Assembly (NCBI GenBank): GCA_013416795.1
Contig: RQSC01000029.1
Coordinates: 291,248-355,247, forward strand
DNA from: Prasinococcaceae sp. CCMP 1430
Taxonomy: Eukaryota > Plantae > Prasinodermophyta
DNA: 64,000 nt
Direction of reading: 5' to 3'
Shown: piece after piece, positions 29,342-39,966 of the stretch
How the letters are laid out: every line of letters begins with the position of its first letter
How positions within the stretch are numbered: the first letter of the stretch is position 1
The notes under the pieces: generated by a model
Database searches by the model: none
Told to the model about the DNA's origin: nothing
The model's input: the letters and a program-made list of their open reading frames with translations, nothing else
Program-made: the position numbers and the translations under genes

Positions 29342-32300
29342 TCAGCGCGCCAGCCTGGCGTGCTCGCTCTTGAGCTCGTACACGGTGGGGAACGCGGCGT
29401 TGGCGACGTCCGCCGGCTGCCCGGCGTAGTACGATGCCATGAATCTGGGCGTCGACAGGCGCTTGTTCCCGCGCCAGTCTGGCATTCGAAGCGGCACCAG
29501 CCTGTGCGGAGTGCCGACCCTGCCCTGGAGACTGTCGGCCGTGATGGAGCCGAGATCGGACACCGTGTCGGTCCACTCGGAGCTGCCGTCGAGCACGAGG
29601 AGGGAGCCGTCGATATTAAAATTCGCGCGCGCGGTGTCGCCATGCGTCTGGACGTCCACCGCGACGTGCGCGAGCGACACGGCCGCGCTGAGGTCGTACG
29701 CGATCTTGCCGATGACGCTCTCGACGCCCCCCATGCGCATCGACATGACCTGGCAGATCTTCTTGCCGTCAGCGTCCAGGCGTGCGTCAAACCTGAAGAA
29801 ATTGTCACCGTCCTGGACGTCAAAGACAACACCCAGCGAGCTGTTGGGCGTGAGCACGCCCTCGATCGCGATCTCTGTGGGAAAGTAGCCAGCCTCCCAG
29901 CTGCTCTCGGCGTCGCTGCCCATGAGGAAGGTAGGAGTGTACGATGTGCTGTCGCACAGCGAAGGGTCGCTCTGGTTGAGATTGAGCTCCAGGAGAGAGG
30001 CGGGGGCCTCTATGCCTTCGCCGGAGATGAGCGACCACGTCAGGTCCTGGCCACTCTCGCTCAGCGTCTTGGAGACGTCGTGAGGGCCGAACCAGAGCGG
30101 CCGCCTGCTGTCCTCCTCAGGCAGGTCGCTGAGCGTCGAGAAGTCGATGCTGTCGACGAATGTGTCGTTGGACAAGGCAAAGGAGAGCGCAGCCTCCACG
30201 CGCGCCACCCTCTCAGAGGTCTCTTGCAGCCAATCGCGCACCGAGCGCGCGCTTCCGTCGTCCTCGTTGACCACGATGACGTCGTCGACGGTGAGCGTGC
30301 CATCATAGCCAAGGGCCCCTGCTGCGCTCGCATCGTTGCGCGTCATGGCCATGTGGTGCTTGAAGACGGTGCTCCTCCAGCCGAAGGCGGTGGTGCCATC
30401 TTCGCCGCCCTCGGGGCTGATCCTCTGCGCGGTATCGACGCCGCACACCAGCGGGCACACGTTGGGCTTCCCCGGGCTCGCGTTTTCGTGGCCGCTCCAC
30501 ACGTAGCTGTCGCCGCAGCGCTGCAGGCTGCCCATCGACTCGTCGTACGAATCAGGGTAGTCGAAGTTGTAGGAGACGTAGTGGGCGTCCTCGTGGTCGA
30601 CGTCGGGGTGGCGCAGGTAGTACGTCTCGCCGCCTGAGTCCAGACCGCTCGGCAGAGGGCGATCCACGTCGGCGAGCTCGCAATCCGAATATTGCGAGTC
30701 CTTGTCCATCTCGTCGCACCCGAACCAGATGCCCCCCGCTCCAAGGATAGCGTCGCGGAACGTCAACGGCGCGCCATCGTCCTCAAAGCCGCCGTCGTAG
30801 TCGTACTGGTCATACAGCTTCCAGCCCCTGAGGTTGCACGGCACGTCGCCAATGTTGATAATCTCCAACCAGTCCTCAGGATCGCCGCGCGGGTGCACTT
30901 CGTTGATCTTGAGGGCGTCTACTTCGCACACCAAAGGCACGTAGTCGTCGGGGACCTCTATGACGCCTGTGTCTCCCACGCCCACAGCTCGTGGGGGGGT
31001 GCCAAAGAGATCGTCCAGGCTGAAGCCAGGAGGAAGGTCATCGAGCCAGCCGCCGGGCGGAGGCGGACTCAGCAGGTCGTAATCACTGTACTCTTGGTCG
31101 TGGTACTCACTGTACTCTTGGTAGTTGTACTCACTGTACTCTTGGTAGTTGTAATCACTGTAGTTTTGGTCGTGGTACTCACTGTACTCTTGGTAGTTGT
31201 AATCACTGTAATTTTGGTCGTGGTAATCACCGTACCCGTAGTCGTAGTAATCACCGTAACCATGGAGGTGGTAATCACTGTACTCTTGGTCGTGGTACTC
31301 ACTGTACTCTTGGTAGTTGTAATCACTGTAATTTTGGTCGTGGTACTCACTGTACTCTTGGTAGTTGTAATCACTGTACTCTTGGTCGTGGTACTCACTG
31401 TACTCTTGGTAGTCGTAATCACTGTAATTTTGGTCGTGGTAATCACTGTACTCTTGGTAGTTGTAATCACTGTAATTTTGGTCGTGGTACTCACCGTACC
31501 CGTAGTCGTAGTAATCACCGTAACCATGGAGGTGGTAATCACTGTACTCTTGGTCGTGGTACTCACTGTACTCTTGGTAGTTGTAATCACTGTAATTTTG
31601 GTCGTGGTAATCACTGTACTCTTGGTAGTTGTAATCACTGTAATTTTGGTCGTGGTACTCACTGTACTCTTGGTAGTTGTAATCACTGTAATTTTGGTCG
31701 TGGTAATCACTGTACTCTTGGTAGTTGTAATCACTGTAATTTTGGTCGTGGTACTCACCGTACCCGTAGTCGTAGTAATCACCGTAACCATGGAGGTGGT
31801 AATCACTGTACTCTTGGTCGTGGTCCGGCGAGGGCGCGTCCGGCGAGGGCGCGTCCGGCGGCGGCGAATCAGGCGGCGCGGAAGGTGCGCTCGGCACGTC
31901 CGTCTGGCCGAACAAGTTCCACCCCCAGCAGAGGATTTCGACGTCGGTCTGCGCGACGCCGCACGTGTGGTACGCTCCGGCGCTCACGGAGGACCACGTG
32001 CCCACGCCGCTGGGAACAGTTGTCTGGCCGTTGATATTGTATCCCCAGCAGTGCAGCGCGGAGTCCACCTGCGCGATGCCGCACGTGTGCCGAAGTCCGG
32101 CGCTCACCGAGGACCACGCGCCCATGCCGCTTGGAACGGTTGTCTGGTCGTACTCGTCATATCCCCAGCAGTGCAGCACGCCGTCCGCCTGCGCGATGCC
32201 GCACGTGTGGTAACCTCCGACGCTCACGGAGGACCACGCGCCCACGCCGCTTGGCACGTCCGTCTGGCCGTAGTCGCCATATCCCCAGCAGTGCATCGCG

Positions 32301-35300
32301 CCGTCGCCTTGCGCGATCCCACACGTGTGAAGTCCTCCGGCGCTCACGGAGGACCACGCGCTCACACCGCTCGGCATGGTAGTCCGGTTGTAGGTGCTGT
32401 GTCCCCAGCAGTGCAGCGCGCCATTGCTCTGCGCGATGCCGCACGTGTGCTCATGCCCGGCGCTCACTGAGGACCACGCGCTCACATTGCTCGGCACGTC
32501 CGTCTGGCCATGCCCTGTTGCTCCCCAGCAGTGCAGCGTGCCATCGTCCTTCGCGATGCCGCACGTGTGCTCATGTCCGGTGCTCACGGAAGACCACGCG
32601 CTCACATGGCTAGACACGTTCGTGGGCCTGCGGTACTCGTCGTCGCCGTCGTATTCAGAATCGATGTAGGAGGTATCTCCCCAACAGCGCAGCTCGCCGT
32701 CGGCGTGCGCGAGGTCGCACGTGTGGAACAGTCCGGCGCTCACAGAGTGGGGTGGGCTCGGCGGTGGGCTCGGCAGTGGGCTCGGCGGTGGGCTTGGCGG
32801 CGGAGACGGCGGTGGGCTTGGAGGGGAGCTCGGTGTGTGCGGGCTCGGATCGTAAAAACCCCACACCATCACGCCGCCAGGAATGTTCGTCTGGCCTTGC
32901 TCGTCGGCTCCCCAGCAGTGCAGCGCGCCGTCGGCCTGCGCAACGCCGCACGTGTGGTAGGAACCGGCACCCACGGAGGACCAAGCACTCACGACCACAG
33001 GCACGTCCGTCTGACCATATTCATTCCATCCCCAGCAGTGCAGCGCGCCGTCGGCCAGCGCGACGCCGCACGTGTGGTAGGAGCCGGTGCTCACGGAGGA
33101 CCACACACTCACGACCACAGGGACGTCCGTCTGACCATATGCATTCCATCCCCAGCAGTGCAGCACGCCGTCGGCCTGCGCGACGCCGCACGTGTGGTAG
33201 GAGCCGGTGCTCACGGAGGCCCACGCACTCACAACGACCGGAACGTCAGTCTCGCCATTGCCATTATATCCCCAGCAGTGCAGTGCACCGTCGGCCTGCG
33301 CGATGCCGCACGTGTGGTAGGAACCGGCGCTCACGAAGGACCACGCACTCACATTGACCGGCACGTCCGTCTGGCCATCGCTGTTAGATCCCCAGCAGTG
33401 CAGCGCGCCGTCCGCCTGGCGCTACGGCGTGCACACCATCCTCGGCCGCGAGTGGGAGGACCACGCACTCACAACCACCGGAACGTCCGTCTGGCCAACG
33501 CCGTTATATCCCCAGCAGTGCAGCGCGCCGTCGGCCTGCGCGATGCCGCACGTGTGGTAGACACCGGCGCTCGCGGAGGACCACGCGCTCACAACCACCG
33601 GCACATCCGTCTGGCCCTCGCCGTTCGATCCCCAGCAGTGCAGCGCGCCGTCGGCTCGCGCGATGCCGCACGTGTGGTACTGTCCCGTGGCCCCGGGGAA
33701 AGCCTCGCCAGCGGCGGCCGACGGGTCCTCCGGCGAGTACGGTGAAGACGGAGTAGGGCTCGGTGTGTGCGGGCTCGGATCGTAAAAACCCCACACCATC
33801 ACGCCGCTAGGAACGTTCGTCTGGCCTTGCTCGTCGGCTCCCCAGCAGTGCAGCGCGCCGTCGGCCTGCGCGACGCCGCATGTATGGTAGAAACCGGCAC
33901 CCACGGAGGACCACGCACTCACGACCACAGGCACGTCCGTCTGTGCAGCGCGCCGTCGGCCTGCGCGACGCCGCATGTATGGTAGAAACCGGCACCCACG
34001 GAGGACCAAGCACTCACGACCACAGGCACGTCCGTCCGACCATCGCTGTCGACTCCCCAGCAGTGCAGGGCGTCGTCGGCCTGCGCGATGCCGCACGTGT
34101 GCTGGCTTCCAGCGCTCACGGAGGACCACGCACTCACGACGACCGGCACGTCCGTCCGACCATTGTCGTTCGATCCCCAGCAGTGCAGCGCGTCGTCGGC
34201 CTGCGCGATGCCGCACGTGTGATACCATCCGGCGCTCACGGACGACCACGCACTCACGACCACAGGCACGTCCGTCTGACCACCGCCATTAAATCCCCAG
34301 CAGTGCAGTACACCGTCGGCCTGCGCGATGCCGCACGTGTGGAAGGAGCCGGCGCTCACGAAGGACCACGCACTCACATTGACCGGCGCGTCCGTCTGGC
34401 CATCGCTGTTAGATCCCCAGCAGTGCAGCGCGCCGTCCGCCTGCGCGATGCCGCACGTGTGGTAGGAGCCGGCGCTCACGGAGGACCACGCACTCACAAC
34501 CACCGGAACGTCCGTCTGGCCAACGCCGTTTGTTCGTCTGGCCTTGCTCGTCGGCTCCCCAGCAGTGCAGCGCGTCGTCGGCCTGCGCGACGCCGCATGT
34601 ATGGTAGAAACCGGCACCCACGGAGGACCACGCACTCACGACCACAGGCACGTCCGTCTGGCCACCGCCATTAAATCCCCAGCAGTACAGCGCGTCGTCG
34701 GCCTGCGCGATGCCGCACGTGTGGTGGACTCCAGCGCTCACGGAGGACCATGCACTCACGACGACCGGTACGTCCGTCTGGCCATCGCCGTTAGATCCCC
34801 AGCAATGCAGCACGCCGTCGGCCTGCGCAACGCCGCACGTGTGGTAGGAGCCGGCGCTCACAGAGGACCACGCACTCACAACCACCGGCACGTCCGTCTG
34901 ACCATCTACATTCCATCCCCAGCAGTGCAGCGCGCCGTCCGCCTGCGCGATACCGCACGTGTGGTACTCTCCGGCGCTCACGGAGGACCACGCACCTACG
35001 CTGCTCGGCACGTGCGTCTGGCCCTCGCCGTTCGATCCCCAGCAGTGCAGCGCGCCGTCGGCCTGCGCGATGCCGCACGTGTGGTAGGAGCCGGCGCTCA
35101 CGGAGGACCACGCACTCACATTGACCGGCACGTCCGTCTGGCCCTCTATGCTGCGTCCCCAGCAGTGCAGCGCGCCATCGTCATGCGCGATGCCGCATGT
35201 GTGCTCACGTCCTGCGCCAACGGAGGACCACGCACTCACATTGACCGGCACGTCCGTCTGGCCGTACACGTTGTCTCCCCAGCAGTGCAGCGCGCCGTCC

Positions 35301-37340
35301 GCCTGCGCGATGCCGCACGTGTGCGTGTATCCTGCGCCCCCGGGAAAAGCCTCGCCAGCGGCGGCCGACGGGTCCTCCGGCGCGTACGGGCTCGGCGGTA
35401 GAGATGGCGGTGGGCTCGGCAAAGAATTTGGCGGGGATGGGCTCGGCGGTGCGCTCGGCGGCGGCGGGCTCGGCGGCGGGCTCGGCGGCGGGCTCGGGGG
35501 GAGGCTCGGCGGCGGGCTCCGAACAACGCTACTCGCGCGAGCTCTGCGAGGTGTGCATCCGCCGCCGCTGCCGCTGCCACTGCCGCCGCCGCTGCCGCCG
35601 CCGCGCGTTTGCGTGCACTGCGCCGCATCCCCCCGGCAGTTTCCCTTTTTTCTTTACGTTTGATCTTTGGATTAGCAAAGCGCGTTGAGTGCAAAGTGAT
35701 ACGGAATTGTGGACAGAAAAAATACGAACATTTTAATCGCACTGTAATCGCACCCTTCCAAGAAGAACTACTCACTGAACAGAGTGATGATGGTAGTAGT
35801 TTTCACAGAGTACTGGTCAAGACTACGAGGGCATTTTGGGCGCCCTCCTAGGCGCCTGATTGCGCGCCCGCTCTCTCTCTCTCTCTCTGCTCTCTCTCTC
35901 TCTTCCTCTCTCTCTCTCTCTCTCTGTCGTAAGTTTAGCCACGCATCCTCAGCAGTATGCGCAAGGCACCGGATCGCAGAGCGCCTCTCTGCATGGCCAC
36001 GTTGGCAGCTTACGACGTACGACCGCGCGACGCCATCCTTTGTCGGCCAATCAATACTCATACAGCAATTGCCCCTCCACGAAGCGGCGCGGCGCAGTCG
36101 CGACCAGCAGGCTGCCATCGCGCGCGAGGTCGACTTAGAACGGCGGCGGCGCGTCCGGCGGCGGCGCGTCCGGCGACGGCGGCCACGCCGCGTTAGGAAA
36201 GCCCATGGGAAAGCCCATTGGCGAGTCATGGGAAAGAAGGCCCCGCGTTGGCGGGCTCGGCTTGAAAAAGTCCCACGCGATCACGTCACTCGGAACGTCT
36301 GTCTGACCATCGCCGTTGTGTCCCCAGCAGTGCATCGTTCCGCCGGCCTGCGCGACGCCGCACGTGTGATCTTCGCCGGCGCTCGCGGAGGACCACGCGC
36401 TTACATCACTCGGCACGCCCGTCTGACCATCGCCGTTGTATCCCCAGCAGTGCAACGATCCGTCGGCCTGCGCGACGCCGCAATTGTGATACGATCCGGC
36501 ACTCACGGAGGACCACGCACTCACGCCACTCGGCACATCCGTCTGACCGTTGGCATTGTATCCCCAGCAGTACATCGCGCCATCGGCCTGCGCGATACCG
36601 CATGTGTGCTCCCCTCCGGTGCTCACGGAGGACCACGCGTTCACGCCGCTCGGCACGTCCGTCTGACCGTAGTTGTCGTCTCCCCAGCAGTGCATCGCGC
36701 CGTCGCCTCGCGCGATGCCGCACGTGTGATACCATCCGGCGCTCACGGAGGACCATTCGCCCACGCCGCCGGGAACAGTTGTCTGGCCGTTGCTATTCCG
36801 TCCCCAGCAATGCATCGCGCCGTCGTCCCGCGCGATGCCGCACGTGTAATATCCTCCGCTGCTCACGGAGGCCCACGCGCTCACATGGCTCGGCACGGTA
36901 GTCTGACCATCGCCGTTATATCCCCAGCAGTGCATCGCGCCGTCCGCCTGCGCAACGCCACACGTGTGGTATTTCCCGGCGCTCGCGGAGGACCACGCGC
37001 CCACGCCCCTCGGCACGTCCGTCTGACCGTAGTTGTTGTCTCCCCAGCAGTGCAGCGCGCCGTCGTCTTGCGCGATGCCACACGTGTGGAAACTTCCGGC
37101 GCTCGCGAAAAAGGAGGAGGAGGAGGAGGAGGAAGAGGAGGGGGCATGGGGGGCACGAAGGCTGTCCACAGCATGGCGGAGGCCGCCGCTGCGCGCGTCG
37201 CGCGATGAGGAGCCCTCAGCGGCGGTGGCGCCGTACGGTGCGGCGCACAGCGCGAGCAGCAGCGCGAGCAGCAGCGCGAGCAGCGGTGCTGCGAAGGGCA
37301 CGGCCAGCCATTGTATGCAAGCCCGAGGCCGGCAGGCCAT
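29342..37340 (-). CDS. Giant secreted/surface protein locus: signal peptide, up to five 7-blade blocks of 40-aa RCC1/BLIP-II-like repeats, SPPP linkers, Tyr-rich repeat, lamin-tail (LTD)-like domain, C-terminal beta-rich domain. Reading frame interrupted; may be one gene or two tandem genes
   Basis: Signal peptide MACRPR...LLALLLALLLALCAA at 37340. Repeats HTCGIAQADGALHCWG at 120-bp period. LTD-like LKINEV...DWLEIIN...GWKL...SPGKPN. Interruptions: stop at 36135 then an AT-rich spacer or intron, frameshifts at 34530/1 and 33943/4, and a TAG at 33422 inside an anomalous 36-mer. Confidence 0.75.
31078..31822 (-). repeat. Coding mosaic minisatellite with 24-bp period encoding [HD|NY]Q[EN]YS[DE]Y, in three higher-order units each marked by HLHGYGDYYDYGYG
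   Basis: Read directly from the DNA and from the ORF 29342-33364 translation. Confidence 0.95.
31900..37110 (-). repeat. About 33-34 copies of a 120-bp coding repeat arranged in blocks (7, 7, about 5.5, 7, 7)
   Basis: The CCCCAGCA (CWG) anchor recurs every 120 bp, for example 32041/32161/32281/32401/32521, 32911-33631, 34557-35277 and 36321-37041. Confidence 0.95.
35871..35925. repeat. (CT)n microsatellite
   Basis: Read directly from the sequence. Confidence 0.95.
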
Positions 37341-37430
37341 CGTTTCCGCGAGGCACTGAGCAGGGGCGGACAGGGGCCCGCCTGCCGTCGGCGGGGGTTG
37401 CGACGCGTGCAAACGGCGCACGCGCGCGCG

Positions 37431-38281
37431 CTACGGCCGCCAGGCGATCGCCGGCCGGCCCCCCTTTCGGCCCTGTCCCCGCCCGCCGCCCCTCCCGCCC
37501 TCCTGGAACTGTTGCATGGCCTTCCATACGCCTGCGCGAGTCACCTCGGACATCGTGTCGACGAAGTACAGCCTCTCCGCCCTCAAGCGAGAGAACGGTT
37601 CGCGCGCCACTTCGTACAGGATCTCGTCCAGTTGTGCGAGGCTCTTATCAGTCGGCACCACAAGCAGCTCGACCTCGCGGTGATGCGTGTACTGCGCGAC
37701 GTCTGGATCATCGTCGAGGCGGCACTCTACCTTGCCGATCATGCAGTTGTCGATCACGCCCTGGATTTTCCTGCCGTCGTGCCCAGGCGTCGCTGTGAGC
37801 GCGACGATGCGCGCCTTGATGTTCGCTTTGCTCAACGACTCCACCACGTTGACGAAGGCATACTTGCCACTTGCGTGGTGCGCCTCGTCCACAACCACGC
37901 ACACCACTCGCTCCTGCGGGCACGATGCGTTCATGATGTCCTTCTCCACACATTGCGGCGTCGCAAACACCACGCGCTTCGTCTGCCAGAGCGCACGGCG
38001 CTTTGCGCTGGGCCCGCTCGATCCGGTCATCTGCACCACATGCGCCGGATCGAAGCCGACGGCTGCCTGGACCGCCCTCATCTGCTGGTCGACCAGCGGC
38101 TTCGTGGCGGCCAAGAAGATAATGATGCCTTGAGGATACCAACGGTAGAAGTTGGCCATCACCACGCCAGCGATGAGCGTCTTGCCCAAGCCCGTCGGAA
38201 GGCAGATCATCGTGTTCTCGAAGAGCGCCGATGCGACCATCTCGAACTGATACTCACGACGAGGGGGATACGTGGGGTACT
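37431..38281 (-). pseudogene. FANCM: FANCM/MPH1 DEAH helicase fragment (first RecA lobe only), 5' cut at the single N at 38282, 3' end missing
   Basis: YPxxxxxREYQ, LPTGLGKT, APT-like AATKPLVDQQ, VVDEAHHA and ALTATPG motifs. There is no second helicase lobe before the next gene. Confidence 0.8.
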
Positions 38282-38282
38282 N

Positions 38283-39707
38283 GCCCAAACCACGGCAGTG
38301 AATGTGGCGCCTCAGTAGGGGCTCGCCGTAAGTTGCGGCCAGCGCTGGCGCTCGTGGCGGCGTACCGGCTGTCGATGGGCGCGGGCGGGCTCGTGCACGG
38401 CGGGACGGGCGTCGACGCGCGCCGCTCCGCCGCCGAGACGGGGGGCGGGGCGGACGGCATGAGCGAGCGCGCTGATGAGCGCTCCCCCCGCATTCGGGGG
38501 CAGGGCGGCAGGGGAGGCGGCGCAGGTGGGATCGTAGCGAGCACGCGCGGGGACGGGGGTTCCGACCTGGATAGCGGCGGGAACGTTCGTGTGACGCAGT
38601 ACTCTGACTGGCTGCAGACGGTGTACCCGCCAGGGAGCGACTTCGACGTGGCCGAGCTGCTGCCCAACCTGATGCCGCTCCAGGAGAAGCACAAGGCGTG
38701 GGAGGGCGACCAAAACAACACGTTCTTCAGAGGTACGCCCGCTTTCGGCCGCGACCTGTCTGGGTGCCCTGCCGTCCACACGCGTGCGCAGGCACACAGA
38801 CCACTGCCACCACACATCGCATCACTCCGCCCCGCCCCGCTCGACAGCCTCGTTGACCCCCGCGTGCGCCTGACGCACCTCACGCGCGAACGCCGCGCGC
38901 TTCGAACGACAGTCCTCCGCCCCGCCGCCGTCGACGCGCTTCACGACAAGCTCAAGGCCGCCGAGAACCGCCGCGACGGCGACCCGGAGCCACCAGCGGT
39001 ATGGACGTACGCCGGCCAGGCCGGCAACGCGTTCATCGACGGCCGCGAGGACAACATGGCCAAGTTCAAGCCCGGCGTGTACGACATGAAGTTCGTCTTC
39101 AGCAGCAACAACGCCAAGCACACGGTGCGCACACCTTACTGGTACGAGTGGGAGAGCGTGCTGCGGCCGGTCATCGAGAGCGTGCTCGGTAAGGGCGCGT
39201 GCGAGAGGCTCATCCGGCTGCAGCTGGCGTACATGACGCCCGGCGCGCAGATCTTCCACCACAGGGACACGGGCCGCTGGGTGAAGGACGCACACAGGGT
39301 GCACATACCCCTGGAGGTGAACCCGCACACGCGCTTCCAGGTGAAGCTCCACGCGGACGACGACGAGTGGGTGCAGGTGCCCCTCGAGCGAGGCAGGTCC
39401 TTCGAAATCAACAACAACTTCATGCATAGGGTGTTCAATGACGGCGAGGAGTACCGCACGCACCTCCTCGTGGACTTGGGCGAAGAGAGGCGCACGTACA
39501 TTGACCTCAAGCCGGGAGGTGCGTCGTGGCGCTGCCTCCTAGCGCATGCGTTTCGACCGAGGAACCCCCCTCCCCCCCCCATCCCCCCGAGTATATGCTG
39601 CTCCGCCATGCTCGCAGCGCTGACGCGCTCGGCCGCGCCGTCGGTGCGAGCCCACACTAGAGCACTGCGTGTACGACAAGCTCAACAAGAGGGGCGTGTG
39701 CCACTGA
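38283..39707 (+). CDS. 2OG-Fe(II) dioxygenase of the Asp/Arg beta-hydroxylase family. Introns 38733-38912 and 39519-39660; 5' end uncertain
   Basis: MTPGAQIFHHRD (HxD), RVHIPL, FEINNNFMHRVFN (distal His) and RTHLLVD motifs. Both GT-AG introns restore the frame, which ends EHCVYDKLNKRGVCH*. Confidence 0.8.
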
Positions 39708-39966
39708 GCGCGGGCGTGCGGCCCCGACACAACGCCCGCCCGCGTCGGCTGTGCAGGCGCGGCGCTCAAGTGCGCTGAGTGGCAGGCACCGACGGCGACG
39801 GCCGCGCGTCGCGCGCGACGACGCGCCTGTGCGCCGCGGATACCATTCGCACAATAATTACTGTACAGGGCGGTTGTGGCAGGCACCACCTCGCGATGAA
39901 CGCCCGCCGCGCTGCTGCCGCCAACGCGAGCGCGTCCACGATGGCGGGCCCGCCTTATTAATTCCT

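Noticed and set aside
30692-32470. 592-aa plus-strand ORF with VVVLTVLL repeats, and the T-rich ORF 31069-31806
   Set aside because: These are antisense and alternative-frame shadows of the Tyr-rich repeat. The minus-strand frame with recognisable domains explains the region.
35784-35859. Possible C/D-box snoRNA (GTGATGA at 35784, CTGA at 35856)
   Set aside because: The terminal stem is weak, I recognise no rRNA-complementary guide, and it is antisense to the host region. It would need a snoRNA search and small-RNA data.
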